From assembly GCA_002269645.1 (NCBI GenBank), contig NIVC01000356.1:186001-250000 (forward strand): a DNA stretch of 64,000 nucleotides. Direction: 5' to 3'. Below, piece by piece: positions 12,590 to 26,262 of the stretch (positions are counted from its first letter, which is position 1; the number at the start of each line of letters is the position of its first letter). Made by a program: the position numbers and the translations under genes. A model generated the notes under the pieces. It ran no database searches and was not told where the DNA came from. It saw only the letters and a list, made by a program, of their open reading frames with translations. This DNA is from Macrostomum lignano (lineage: Eukaryota).

Positions 12590-13300
12590 CGAGACTGTAG
12601 AACCTCACGTCGAGTAGACTGACTGTGGAACCTCACGTCAAGGGGACTCTAGAACCTCACGTCGAGGAGACTGACTGTGGAACCTCACGTCAAGGGGACT
12701 CTAGAACCTCACGTCGAGGAGACTGACTGTGGAACCTCACGTCAAGGGGACTCTAGAACCTCACGTCGAGGAGACTGACTGTGGAACCTCACGTCAAGGG
12801 GACTCTAGAACCTCACGTCGAGGAGACTGACTGTGGAACCTCACGTCGAGGAGACTGTGGAACCTCACGTCAAGGGGACTGTGGAACCTCACGTCGAGGA
12901 GACTGTGGAACCTCACGTCAAGGGGACTGTGGAACCTCACGTCAAGGAGACTGTGGAACCTCACGTCAAGGGGACTCTAGAACCTCACGTCAAGGAGACT
13001 GTGGAACCTCACGTCAAGGGGACTCTAGAACCTCACGTCAAGGGGACTCTAGAATCTCACGTCAAGGGGACTGTGGAACCTCACGTCAAGTAGACAATCG
13101 AACCTCACGTCGAGAAGACTGTGGAACCTCACTTCAAGGAGACTGTGGAACCTCACGTCAAAGAGACTGTGGAACCTCACGTCAAAGAGACTGTGGAACC
13201 TCACGTCAAAGAGACTGTGGAACCTCATGTCAAAGAGACTGTGGAACCTCACGTCAAGGGGACTCTAGAACCTCACGTCAAAGAGACTGTGGAACCTCAC
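12590..13300. repeat. 24/28-bp minisatellite (GTGGAACCTCACGTCAAGGAGACT)
   Basis: Tandem copies visible. Confidence 0.9.
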
Positions 13301-13886
13301 AATCGGGTGACAGTTACTGAGTTACCAGTACACCAAACCTTGTACAGATGCCACCAGTGTTACACTTCAAAGAACGCTAGCACAAGTTATACCTTTGATT
13401 GTTCACTTTCGATGCTCACAACCAACTCAATGGGAGGTGGGAGCTGGGGAGTGCAGAGAGAGAGGTTTGAAAGTCCGGTAGACCTCCAGCCATTGGTCCG
13501 TTACTTCCATCCGCCATTCGCGCCTTCTCTCTCCCTTTGAACCTTGACAAAAATGCGCTGCAAAATGACGACCGCACACTTGGCTTCCAAGATTGGCCTT
13601 CGAACTGCAGTCCAAGGCAGCTGGCTAACTTTTGGGTAAGTCTGAGGCGCTATCATGTTTCAACTAAATTACTGTAATTGTCATGAAAATATTTCTAACT
13701 GAAAATATGGACGCTTCGTAGCTAGAAGTGCTTCTCGACCGGATATTCGACTCCCAAAATCCTCAAAGTTTGTCGACTCCGATTTCTCCCTCAACCGCCG
13801 GACAATAATCCTTAACCCCGATTGCCTTTGGAGGATTATGCTCCTATCTACTCGTTCGAGGGGGATTAAAAGTTTTTAGTTGGCAT

Positions 13887-14360
13887 TGCTGATTATCATG
13901 CTGATTCTTATGCTGATTCTCATGCTGATTCTCATGCTGATTCTCATGCTGATTCTCATGCTGATTCTCATGCTGATTCTCATGCTGATTCTCATGCTGA
14001 TTCTCATGCTGATTCTCATGCTGATTCTCATGCTGATTCTCATGCTGATTCTCATGCTGATTCTCATGCTGATTCTCATGCTGATTCTCATGCTGATTCT
14101 CATGCTGATTCTCATGCTGATTCTCATGCTGATTCTCATGCTGATTCTCATGCTGATTCTCATGCTGATTCTCATGCTGATTCTCATGCTGATTCTCATG
14201 CTGATTCTCATGCTGATTCTCATGCTGATTCTCATGCTGATTCTCATGCTGATTCTCATGCTGATTCTCATGCTGATTCTCATGCTGATTCTCATGCTGA
14301 TTCTCATGCTGATTCTCATGCTGATTCTCATGCAAATTATCATGCTGATTCTCAGTCTGA
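13887..14360. repeat. 12-bp minisatellite (CTGATTCTCATG)
   Basis: Near-perfect tandem array. Confidence 0.95.
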
Positions 14361-14859
14361 TTCTTATGCCGACGTATGTATTAGGCCTCTGCAGTCTTTT
14401 TTAGCATGAGTCATATTCCCAGAGCTTCATCGAGAGCAGAAATCCCCCGCGGGCCGCATAAGCAGAGATGCAATCAAGAACTCAAATTGCGTCACCAGAG
14501 GACAGGCAGCTATGGTCAATCTTGCGGACTCTGGGCAGCTGCGAGCTTATTTCTAATCAGCAGAGGAAAAAAGTCTCTCGTTCCCCCCGGCCCCTCCAAG
14601 TCTCCCCCTCTCGGGCTCTGCTTTTCCAGCCAAGCCTAGGCTTGGGCGAAGAAATCTAGTGATGAAAGTTTTAGCCAGTTTCCGCTGAGCTCAGCTGATA
14701 GCTTCTGCAAGCTGCTGATGGCTTAAGAGCATTGAGTAGTTGAGCAAGAAATCGTATATGCCTGGCTTAGAAACTAAACTAGAGGGTTTTCCTGTCTTCT
14801 TAGTCTTCTTGGTACCTGCTTTTCGTATGACTGGGGCTACTCACTCTTGTACCGTTTAC

Positions 14860-15760
14860 TAATTCAATAGTCACTCTTGTACCATGTTCTAATTCAATAA
14901 ATCACTCTTTTACCGTGTTCTAATTCAAAAGTCACTCTTGTACCGTGTTCTAACTCAATAGTCACTCTTGTACCGTGTTCTAACTCAATAGTCACTCTTG
15001 TACCGTGTTCTAACTCAATAGTCACTCTTGTACCGTGTTCTAACTCAATAATCACTCTTGTACCGTGTTCTAACTCAATAGTCACTATTGTACCGTGTTC
15101 TAACTCAATAGTCACTATTGTACCGTGTTCTAACTCAATAGTCACTATTGTACCGTGTTCTAATTCAATAAATCACTCTTTTACCGTGTTCTAACTCAAT
15201 AGTCACTCTTGTACCGTGTTCTAATTCAATAAATCACTCTTTTACCGTGTTCTAACTCAATAGTCACTATTGTACCGTGTTCTAATTCAATAAATCACTC
15301 TTTTACCGTGTTCTAATTCAATAAATCACTCTTTTACCGTGTTCTAATTCAATAAATCACTCTTTTACCGTGTTCTAACTCAATAGTCACTCTTGTACCG
15401 TGTTCTAATTCAATAAATCACTCTTTTACCGTGTTCTAACTCAATAGTCACTATTGTACCGTGTTCTAATTCAATAAATCACTCTTTTACCGTGTTCTAA
15501 TTCAATAAATCACTCTTTTACCGTGTTCTAATTTAATAAATCACTCTTTTACCGTGTTCTAACTCAATAGTCACTCTTGTACCGTGTTCTAATTCAATAA
15601 ATCACTCTTTTACCGTGTTCTAATTCAATAAATCACTCTTTTACCGTGTTCTAACTCAATAGTCACTCTTGTACCATGTTCTAACTCAATAGTCCCTCTT
15701 GTACCGCGTGTTTTGATTCAATAGTCACACTTTTACCGCGTGTTGTAATTCAATAATCAC
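14860..15760. repeat. 30/31-bp minisatellite (TCACTCTTGTACCGTGTTCTAACTCAATAG)
   Basis: Tandem copies with degenerate edges. Confidence 0.9.
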
Positions 15761-16808
15761 TCTTGTACACAATGTTATAATTCAATAGGCACTTTTGTGC
15801 CGTATTCTACTGTACAATTGGTTGGGGGCAGCTCTGATCACACAATGTTGATGATGATCTTTGCGCATCTTCCCTTTTTTGCAGTGGCGCTCTTAGAGAC
15901 TTTTTTCTCTGTTGGAGTCTGCCCAGCCTTGACCCCCCTGATGAGCTCCCACCTCAGAGTGCTAATTTGCCAATAACAAGCGGTGCATTATTTTTTATGC
16001 ATTTATTTTCCTATCCAGAGCCGTACGCGAAGTGACGGCCTCATAAAATCTAAATGCTAAAAATTCTAGTCATGACACGCAAAGCAGCTTCCACTGCCCA
16101 GTATGAACTGGCTACAGACTCCCGATCCCGTCTTGTATATTGCTACATGCAAATATTGCGGACTGGATCAAGCCCCAGTTTCACCCCATCTAGCAGGCGT
16201 TGCGGGCGACGACTTCATTAGAGGAGAGTAGCGAACGCAAGGCAAACAGGAACGGAGAGTGTGAGAGAGGAAGATAGAGTGAAAAGGAGAGACGGCCGAC
16301 AGTCCGACAGTCGGCAGTCAGCTGTAAATCTCGGGCCGAAAACCCAGCCGACAAAGTGTCCCATCCTATGCCCCCCCCCTCTGACCAGCCTTCCATTCTC
16401 CTTCAGTTGCCCCTTCCTTCCCTAGTAATCTGATTGCAGCTGCGAAGATTCTTCTGGAGAGAAATAGAAAGAAAAGATAGAGAAAGCGATGGAGAGCGGA
16501 TGCTATCTACAGACCGGTCCGCCCCTCACCCCTTCTCTCCGCGTCTCGTCTCTTCTCGACAGGCCCGAAGTCCGCGCGGCCCCCTCCTGAAGCAGCGCGT
16601 CGAGCAGCGTCCACTCAGTCTGCGCCCAGACTCCGGCAGAATTTACGCTTCCCGCTTCGATGGAGGTGGCCCCCTAATTGACTCAATCGAGTGAAGTGGC
16701 TTGACTTGCCTCTCGCCAGCCGGCATTCGAGTACTTCTCTCGAGTCTTTGAAAATCCGCTAACCAGCACAGCCTGTCTGTCCTCCCGCTTCATCCGCTGA
16801 CAGCCAGA

Positions 16809-19800
16809 ATGCCTTGGGTTCTGCTGTTATTGCCGCTGTTGTTAGTCAGTCCCAGCCGGCAGCTCGAACTCGCCAGCCCAGACCAGCAGCAGCAGCAGAA
16901 CCCCTACCAGATGTGCGCCTCTGAGGCCGCCAACTGCACCTGCAGCTGGCAGCAGTTTCACAACCTGTCCAGGCATAACAACCTCAGAGTACTGAGCTGT
17001 TCCAACTATCAACTGCTCAATCATTTCTCCTCAGTGATTCGAGTTGCGGACTTTCGGCACAACTCTGTGCTGTCATTCGACAGGCTGCTCCGGATCATCA
17101 TCTACAAGGAGATCTTCATGCTGAACGCGGCGCACAATGACATCTCCGACCTGCAGTGCACCGCCTTCAACCGGCTGCACAAAGTCTCTTGGCACAGCTT
17201 GGAGTACCTCGACCTCTCCAACAACATCATTCGCGGCATTGACCGGACGTACTTTGACATCTTTCCCAACTTGACCCACCTTCTACTTGCCGACAATCGA
17301 ATCGAGCAGCTGCCTGAGGGAGTGTTCGCGCAGCAGACCAAACTGCGCCAGCTGACGCTGTCCGGCAACCCGTTGAAGACGCTGGAAACGGATCCGTTCA
17401 AGTCGGGTTATCCGGCCAACCTGGAGCTGCTCAATCTGAGCCGGTGCGATTTGACTGAGGCTGAGCCGGACTTCTTTGCGTCTACTTTTTTCCTGAGAAC
17501 GCTGGACATGTCAAGAAATTGGCTGTCACACCTGCCGCAGACAGGCTACCCCAGCTTGAAAGCTCTCAACAGTCTGGACCTCTCCGACAACCGGTTTGAG
17601 TCAACTCCGATCCGGTTCCTGAGAACATTCCGACGTCTGGAGCTCCTACGGTTGGACGACAACCGACGAATCCGTCGACTGGCCCGCGACGACCTCGCAG
17701 GGGTGAACGCCAGCCGGATCTTCATGCGCCAGTGCGGACTTCGCACCATCAATGCCATGGCTGTGCACGGAGTGCCCTACCTGCACGAGCTGAATTTGGA
17801 CGACAATCGCCAGCTGTCGTTTGTGCACCATCGGGCCTTTCACGACGTGGTCCAGCTTAGACGGCTGAGTCTGGTGAAGTGCGGCTTGCACAGCCTGCCA
17901 GGAGAGTTGACAGGCCAGGTGCTCAACACCGTTGTAGACATCCGCTACAACCCTCTCTGGTGTCTCTGCGACAACACTTGGATATCCAACAGGCTGCTGC
18001 CTCGGCCATCTAAGGTGACCTTTGCTGACCCCGATGAGCTCTTCTGCACCTCCTACTCTGTAGTGACGCCTTCACGAGGCGAGCCGTTCACCGTTATCGA
18101 CCGGCGACGGATGCTGAAGGCTAACAGTAAGTTTTTCTTGCCCTGGTAGGCAATTAGATTGATCAAATCATTTTGCCACACGTCTGTAGCTTCTGCAATA
18201 AAGCATAGAATCTGTGTTGAACCGACCAATGTAAAGGAATATTGCTAGACCCTATGATTGCAGTAGCAGCGCGGAAAGCAGAAAAACAAAACACAAGCCA
18301 CTGCCCTGTGATTGACAACCAGGGCGTGCTTCTTTCTGCTGCAGCCCGCATCGAAAGTTCCCTTAGCTACATAGAATTCGTCCTTCATCAGCGAATGTTG
18401 CATCTGGTATTGCTAGCAGCTCTCTGCCCTTACCATCAAAATTTCTCAAATGGAAATTATTACAAAGCAGTTCTTCCTCTTCTGCGAATTTGAAAGCACT
18501 AGACTAGCGTTACAATTGTTGCACTTAATTTTTTGTAGTCGTGCCGACATAATATACCTGAAGGCATATAGCTTATCATGACATTAGCATATTGTTTGCA
18601 GCTCATATCCATTCAAATCTTTAATAAATCGTTTCACTTTATACTTGAAGTTTGGCAATCGTGCGAGCTCCCTGAAATCAAATAATTGTGATATGGCATC
18701 AGTCATTAGTAACTTTCTGCGGCAACTTTGCATCCTTGACCTTAGTCTAATTGTATTCTATACACGAGAGAACCCGTAAGATAAAAAGGGAAGATTGTGA
18801 AAATGCATTTCAACTACTGATAGTAGCTTTAGTCCGTGGAAATATCAGTAGTCCGGTTATTTCGGGGTTTTAAGGACTCGATACAAAGTAGAAAACAGTT
18901 GGGAGTTTCTCTGTCCGAGCTTGCCTTAATTGAAGGCTGCTCAAACAAATTAAGACAAACACCCTTTACGTCTGCATCAGTGTCTGAATTGATGTTCCAC
19001 TTTTTTGAATTAAAATGGAGTTACTTCAAAATTGATGCTAAAATGTGTAATATTACGAGTAAAACTAGACCTCAAGGACTACGATTCCATGTTCAGTGAC
19101 GTGAACGTCCCACACTAACAATGATATCCACTATGTAGTCATTAAGCGATCTACTATTTACACGACCGCACGATCCAGTATCAAGAGACACGGGATGCCC
19201 ACCGCGCATCTATCACCCGCTGTCAAACCTGACCGTGGAGCTGTTCCAAGGCGACCGCGTGATCCTGGAGTGCCTCACCACCGGTCTGCCTCGGCCCAGC
19301 GTCTACTGGATGTTCCCCGACAATGACACGCACCTGGAGTCCCAGCAGCCGCAGGTGACATCCCTGTCGCCCAATCGAAAGCGAATTCACCTTGCCGACG
19401 GATTGCTGGACCTGCGCGACGCTCGAGTGTCCGACAGCGGCCGGTACACCTGCAATGCGTTCAACTCGCACGGACGCCGGAACGTGAGCTATGTTCTCGT
19501 TGTTCAGTCTCTACTGCTGCAGCTGGTGCCGGTGACAGCCGGCACGGATCGTCTCACCGTCACTTGGCGTGGCGCCGACAGGTGTGCATAAATTTGCTGG
19601 ATTACATGGGCTAGTCTGCATGCACTAGTGACCAAGATGCACGAACGACTAAAAAATGCCAATATGTCACTCCTTCAAGGCTTCCAACATGCTTATTCAA
19701 TGAAGGTTGCGTTTCAATGAAGGTTTATTTTAAAAAGATTATTGAACAAACTCATTTTAATCTGTCGGAACTAGGGAAAAGCGAAGTTAATGCTCTATGT

Positions 19801-22413
19801 GCCAATGTGCATCAATCAGGACGGTATCCTACCATAAACAACATAAGGAAATGCAATTATAAAAATCCCTCCGCTAAGTGCTTAAAGAATCTGATTTTCC
19901 GTCTTGATAAGCATTATTAAGCAAAATTAGGCCTTTAAATAACTTTCCAGGAAACGTTTGTGTTACGCCTCATTACCGTGATAACTTCTAGCGTAGTGAC
20001 TTACGCAGAGGGGGGCCAGAAAAGGTGACGAGGCCCCCACCAATCACCCCCACAAAAATTTGCGCTCCTCTTAAAACTTAATGAAAAAGGTGAACAAGCT
20101 CGACAAATTACAGGAGTTAAACTTTTGTCACCTCATGGATTTGGTATCTAAGGGCCATTAGGTGACAGGGGCGCCCACAAAGAGACAGAGGCTCCCCCCA
20201 AGAGACAAGGGGCTCCCACTAAGAGACAGGGGCGCCCACTAAGAGACAGGGGCGCCCACTAAGAGACAGGGGCGCCCACTAAGAGACAGGGGCGCCCACT
20301 AAGAGACAGAGGCTCCCCCCAAGAGACAAGGGGCTCCCACTAAGAGACAGGGGCGCCCACTAAAAGACAGGGGCGCCCACTAAAAGACAGGGGCGCCCAC
20401 TAAGAGACAGGGGCGCCCACTAAGAGACAGGGGCTCCCCCCAAGAGACAGGGGTGCCCACTAAGAGACAGGGGCGCCCACTAAAAGACAGGGGCGCCCAC
20501 TAAGAGACAGGGGCTCCCCCCAAGAGACAGAGGCTCCCCCCAAGAGACAAGGGGCTCCCACTAAGAGACAGGGGCGCCCACTAAAAGACGGGGGCGCCCA
20601 CTAAAAGACAGGGGCGCCCACTAAGAGACAGGGGCGCCCACTAAGAGACAGGGGTTCCCCCCAAGAGACAGGGGTGCCCACTAAGAGACAGGGGCGCCCA
20701 CTAAGAGACAGGGGCTCCCACAAAGAGACAGGGGTGTCCACTAAGAGACAGGGGCTCCCACCAAGAGACAAGGGCTCCTACCAAGAGACAGGGGGCGCCC
20801 ACAAAGAGACAGGGGTGTCCACAAAGAGACAGGGGCGCCCACTAAGAAACAGGGGCGCCCATCAAGAGACAAGGGCTCCCCCTAAGAGACAGGGGCGCCC
20901 ACTAAGAAACAGGGGCGCCCATCAAGAGACAAGGGGCGCCCCCTAAGAGACAGGGGCGCTCAAAAAGAGACAGGAACTCCCACCAAGGCATCAAATACGA
21001 GCCCGGGCGCCTCTTAGGGTTACAATTCCCTCCAAATAAAATTGCTGCAAAAACAAACACAAACTCGGTACAGGTCGCACCAAATATCATTCAAGTGCAA
21101 AATGAGTGAACACGAGCGCCATCAAATTCAAGGTTGCACGCCGAGTACTACCTCATCGGCTACAGAGAGGTGGACTCCTACGAAGTGTCGCCTCGCAGGC
21201 GACTGGCCTTCCGATCCGTTTATCCCATCCGGCACGAGTGGAGGGCATTCACTGCGCACCACCTGCGCCCGGCCAGGTACTACCAGTTCTGCCTGGTGCA
21301 CCGGCATGCCAGGCACCTGTACGATAACGGCAGCAGCCGGATGGACATTCACCTGGTGGAGTTTCCGCTAGTGTTTAACAATGGCCAGTGTATTATTATG
21401 CGAACAAAGTATAGCATTGAGCGACTTTATGGACACGGAATCTACAGGTGAGTTGGCGTAAATACTGGTCTTTAAGTGAACATTAACTGGCAAAAAATAT
21501 TTTCGCTAATAGTTTTAATGAGTAATGATACGGCGGGAGAATACCTTAGCGACAGACACCAATAGGGGGAATCCCTTAGCAACGGTCAACGATACAGCTG
21601 GGGAATCCCTTAGCAACAGTCACCGATACAGCGAGAGAATCCCTTAGCGACAGCCACCGATAGGGGGAATCCCTTAGCAACAGTCACCGATACAGCTGGG
21701 AAATCCCTTAGCAAAAGTCACCGATACAGCTGGGAAATCCCTTAGCAAAAGTCACCGATAGCGGAAATCCCTTAGCAACGGTCAACGATACAGCTGGGGA
21801 ATCCCTTAACAACAGTCACCGATACAGCTAGGAAATCCCTTAGCAACGGTCACCGATACAGCGAGAGAATTCCTTAGCGACAGTCACCGATAAGGGGAAT
21901 CCTTTTGCAACGGTCATCGATACAGCTGGGGAATCCCTTAGCAACAGTCACTGATACAGCTGGAATACATCTTACAGCAACTAACTTAAGCTACGTCTTC
22001 TTGAACTCCTGCAACTCGAACTCCTTGAATCAAAGCTTGCATCATAGAACACATGGTTACACCTTGGCAGAGTTGCGCACCACAGCACCGTGTACATCCT
22101 GTTCGGCATGGTGTTCGGCGTTCTCTTTCTCTGCTGCATGACCGCTCTGGTTTATCAGCGCAGCTGCAAGAAAATGCGCCTCAACAGGAAGCAGTACCGC
22201 TACTCAACTGTCGGCTACCGCGACGGAGGCAACAGTCTGCAAATGAAAGTCCTGCTTGACGGAGTTTCCGACACGGCTTCTCCGTCGCGATCTGCGCTGG
22301 CCTCAACGGTGGCTGCAGCCCAATCGACGACGGTAGCTAAAGAGGCCGTCACGACAGACGTGTACGGATCCAGCAGCAACCTGCTGATGCATTCGGAGAC
22401 TGGCAGCTGGTGA
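16809..22413 (+). CDS. LRR-Ig-FN3 single-pass membrane protein (LRRN/NLRR-like, LIG family); exons 16809-18126, 19179-19581, 21133-21447, 22071-22413 (792 aa)
   Basis: Signal peptide MPWVLLLLPLLLVS. LRRs of type LxxLxLxxNxL, and LRRCT NPLWCLCDNTW...CPPRI. Ig domain with VILEC...WMFP...DSGRYTCNAFN. FN3-like LTVTW...HLRPARYYQFCL. TM segment VYILFGMVFGVLFLCCMTALVY. The GT-AG introns of phase 1, 2 and 2 give one continuous frame (2379 nt). Confidence 0.88.
20160..20965. repeat. 20-bp minisatellite (AAGAGACAGGGGCGCCCACT) in intron 2 of the LRR-Ig gene
   Basis: Tandem copies visible. Confidence 0.9.
21540..21960. repeat. About 34-bp minisatellite (GGGAATCCCTTAGCAACAGTCACCGATACAGCTG), intron 3 copy
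   Basis: Tandem copies. The same family occurs at 22620-23135. Confidence 0.9.
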
Positions 22414-22619
22414 ATTAGCTTTGGCACAGAGCCAGTTTAATTTTTATTCGTAAAAATGATGTATATGATCGCTGCATCTGTTGTATCTTGCAATTTTTGT
22501 TTTAACTTACTGAATTGAATCAGTAGCCTGATATGTAGTAGCCACGGCCTTTGAGAATGTTAAAAATATGTCGTTTTTTTCTAATGTTTATGACTAAAAG
22601 CTTGCCTATGGTATGGCTA

Positions 22620-23135
22620 AAGGGGAATCCCTTTACAACAGTCACCGATACATCTGGGGAATCCCTTAGCAACGTCACCGATACCGCCGGGGAATCCCTT
22701 AGCAAATAGCAACAGTCCTTAGTAACAGTCACCGACACAACTGGGAAATCCCTTATCAACAGTCACCGATACATCTGGGGAATCCCTTAGCAACAGTCAC
22801 CAATATCGCTGGGATGAATCCCCTAGCAACAGTCACCGATACATCTGGGGAATCCCCTAGCAACAGTCACCGATATAGCTGGGGAATCCCTTTAGCAATA
22901 GTCACCGATACATCTGGGGAATCCCCTAGCAACAGTCACCGATAGCTGGGGAATCCCTAGCAACAGTCACCGATACATCTGGGGAATCCCCTAGCAACAG
23001 TCACCGATATAGCTGGGGAATCCCTTTAGCAATAGTCACCGATATAGCTGGGAAATCCCTTAGTAACAGTCACCGATACAGTGGGGAATCCCTTAAGCAA
23101 CAGATACCGACACAACTGGGGAATCCCTTAGCAAC
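22620..23135. repeat. About 34-bp minisatellite, same family and orientation as 21540-21960, downstream of the stop codon
   Basis: GGGGAATCCCTTAGCAACAGTCACCGATACATCT units. Confidence 0.9.
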
Positions 23136-23784
23136 AGACATCATTACTCGGGCAGAATCATTTCTCCTATACAAACATTCACCAACATTCAGCAGCTCTT
23201 TGCACAGGCACGAATGTTTCACATGACTGTTTCTTATTTATATGCATAGTTAGCGATTTTATGCATGATTAATTCTTTTAACGACGTTTCTACACCAAAA
23301 CATTAATTAAACGCAATTATTTGGACTAGCAAAACCTGCATATTTTCTAGAATAATTTTTATGCTTTAAAATATAATAGCATATCAGCTAATTACAGAAA
23401 ACACTATATACAAAGAGCAATGCTATTGCCATCGCTATAAAACTTTCCTTGCATTCAACAACTGCATGGCACCAACCAATCACTGGCTCATTCTAAGAAG
23501 CTGTGCGAATCACTGGAATGATGAAGCTGCTCGGATCTCATGTGTTGTACCTCATCAGGGCAGCTCTCTTGCAGCAGTTAAACTAACAGACTGGCATGGG
23601 TGCAACAGCAATGATGAAGTTTCCTTTTGATTAGATTTATTTCCCTTGAGAATAGAGAGAAGAGAGAAGCTGAGAAACGCCATGGAGAGCAGAACATGCT
23701 GCAAATAAAATATTAACTCTAATATTCCACTCCATTGCTGCATTCGCTAATGTAGAACTAGAGTTCATCAGATACAAGTACACT

Positions 23785-25305
23785 CCTCTGTTCCACTCTG
23801 TTCCACTCTGTTCCATTCTGTTCCACTCTGTTCCACACTCTGTTCCACTCTGTTCCACTCTGTTCCACTCTGTTCCACACTCTGTTCCACTCTGTTCCAC
23901 TCTGTTCCACTCTGTTCCACTCTGTTCCACTCTGTTCCACACTCTGTTCCACTCTGTTCCACTCTGTTCCACACTCTGTTCCACTCTGTTCCACTCTGTT
24001 CCACACTCTGTTCCACTCTGTTCCACTCTGTTCCACACTCTGTTCCACTCTGTTCCACTCTGTTCCACACTCTGTTCCACTCTGTTCCACTCTGTTCCAC
24101 TCTGTTCCACTCTGTTCCACTCTGTTCCACTCTGTTCCACTCTGTTCCACTCTGTTCCACTCTGTTCCACACTCTGTTCCACTCTGTTCCACTCTGTTCC
24201 ACACTCTGTTCCACTCTGTTCCACTCTGTTCCACTCTGTTCCACACTCTGTTCCACTCTGTTCCACTCTGTTCCACTCTGTTCCACTCTGTTCCACTCTG
24301 TTCCACACTCTGTTCCACTCTGTTCCACTCTGTTCCACTCTGTTCCACTCTGTTCCACTCTGTTCCACTCTGTTCCACACTCTGTTCCACTCTGTTCCAC
24401 TCTGTTCCACACTCTGTTCCACTCTGTTCCACTCTGTTCCACACTCTGTTCCACTCTGTTCCACTCTGTTCCACTCTGTTCCACTCTGTTCCACTCTGTT
24501 CCACTCTGTTCCACTCTGTTCCACTCTGTTCCACTCTGTTCCACTCTGTTCCACTCTGTTCCACTCTGTTCCACTCTGTTCCACTCTGTTCCACTCTGTT
24601 CCACTCTGTTCCACTCTGTTCCACTCTGTTCCACTCTGTTCCACTCTGTTCCACTCTGTTCCACTCTGTTCCACTCTGTTCCACACTCTGTTCCACTCTG
24701 TTCCACTCTGTTCCACTCTGTTCCACTCTGTTCCACTCTGTTCCACTCTGTTCCACTCTGTTCCACTCTGTTCCACTCTGTTCCACTCTGTTCCACACTC
24801 TGTTCCACTCTGTTCCACTCTGTTCCACACTCTGTTCCACTCTGTTCCACTCTGTTCCACTCTGTTCCACTCTGTTCCACTCTGTTCCACTCTGTTCCAC
24901 TCTGTTCCACTCTGTTCCACTCTGTTCCACTCTGTTCCACTCTGTTCCACTCTGTTCCACTCTGTTCCACTCTGTTCCACTCTGTTCCACTCTGTTCCAC
25001 TCTGTTCCACTCTGTTCCACTCTGTTCCACTCTGTTCCACTCTGTTCCACTCTGTTACACTCTGTTACACTCTGTTCCACTCTGTTCCATTCTGTTCCAT
25101 TCTGTTCCACTCTGTTCCACTCTGTTCCACTCTGTTCCACTCTGTTCCACTCTGTTCCACTCTGTTCCACACTGTTCCACTCTGTTCCACACTCTGTTCC
25201 ACTCTGTTCCACTCTGTTCCACTCTGTTCCACTCTGTTCCACTCTGTTCCACTCTGTTCCACTCTGTTCCACACGGTTCCACTCTGTTCCACTCTGTTCC
25301 ACACT
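23785..25305. repeat. 10-bp minisatellite (TTCCACTCTG) with 12-bp CA-insertion variants
   Basis: Directly visible array. Confidence 0.95.
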
Positions 25306-25920
25306 GTTTAACTCCGCTCTAGTGTGTAAAATACCTCCAGAATTTTCCCGACAGACAACATGGGCACGCAGAACTTTATCCCATCTGCGGGTTCTGCAGC
25401 AAAAGTCGTCAAACAACGTGTTCTTCGGCAAACACGCAGACACGCGATTAAGAAAAACATCTGCCCGTTTAATCGGTGGCCTTGGTTTGGCCTTTAGCAA
25501 ACATCAGCGAGACCGAGCCGAGTTTGTTTAACCTCGGATTTGTCAAATTTAGTAGTACATATTGATCGTACTGTCTTTTAGGCCCTCTCCGCCGGGGCAA
25601 CTTGCTCTCTTAGTTGGAGGAATGCCAAGCAGTTTCTGGAAAACAATGGAAGTTGAAGTGGCCAAAGTGGCGGAGATCAGCTTTTGGGTCTATTGAGGTC
25701 GCTGGGCCATGTGTTTGGAGTGGGAAGGCGTGTATTTTTTGCTCTAATGTGGTAGCTCATAGATGCATTTTTGTTCAAGTAAAAATTTCATTACTCCCAC
25801 ACTTTTGTGGCAATCATTCTGTACTTAGTTCTCCAAAAAGCCTTCTGCAACATTTGAATTTGAAATTGAATTTGAAAGTTTGAATTTTACCTTATACATT
25901 TACTTATTTATTTATGTACA

Positions 25921-26262
25921 TTTGACGCTTACGGAGTCGCTCGAGAAACAAGTTGACGCGGCGCACGCTGGCCTGCTGCGCGCCGCGCCTTCAAGATCGG
26001 CTACGAATGAGTGACCAACGCGGCTTTGTATCACCGCGCCGGCCTGGTCCGTCCAAGCCACCTGTTGCACCGTCGGCGACTCCAGCTGGCAGGCTACATC
26101 ATCCGTGGGGGCAGGGGAAAGGCGCGCACTCGGCGTTTCGTCGACTACCTGCTGGCTGACGCCGGCGCCCCGGATTCGGCCGGCGGTGTGGCGTTCTTTC
26201 GCCACCTGGAATCGAGGCGCGCCCTATGAAGCTGAACGCGTATTATGTTGTTGCTGTTGTTA
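25921..26262 (+). mobile_element. Degenerate 3' fragment of an RTE/RTE-X-like non-LTR retrotransposon
   Basis: Broken frames give LTLTESLEKQVDAAHAGLLRAA...VTNAALYHRAGLVRPSHLLHRRRLQLAGYIIR...RTRRFVDYLLADAG, which resembles the post-RT C-terminus of RTE-type elements. It ends in a (TGT)n-like tail GTTGTTGCTGTTGTT. Confidence 0.65.

Noticed and set aside
6518-15145. Long ORFs over 6.5-8.3, 10.1-11.5, 12.8-13.5, 13.8-14.4 and 14.9-15.1 kb (e.g. ARGTIAS, HENQ, GEADSQALM repeats)
   Set aside because: They are translations of minisatellites, open in several frames with no unique coding flanks or splice support.
23637-25500. 467-580 aa WNRVEQSGTE repeat ORFs
   Set aside because: Artefact of the 10-bp TTCCACTCTG array, which lacks stops in most frames.
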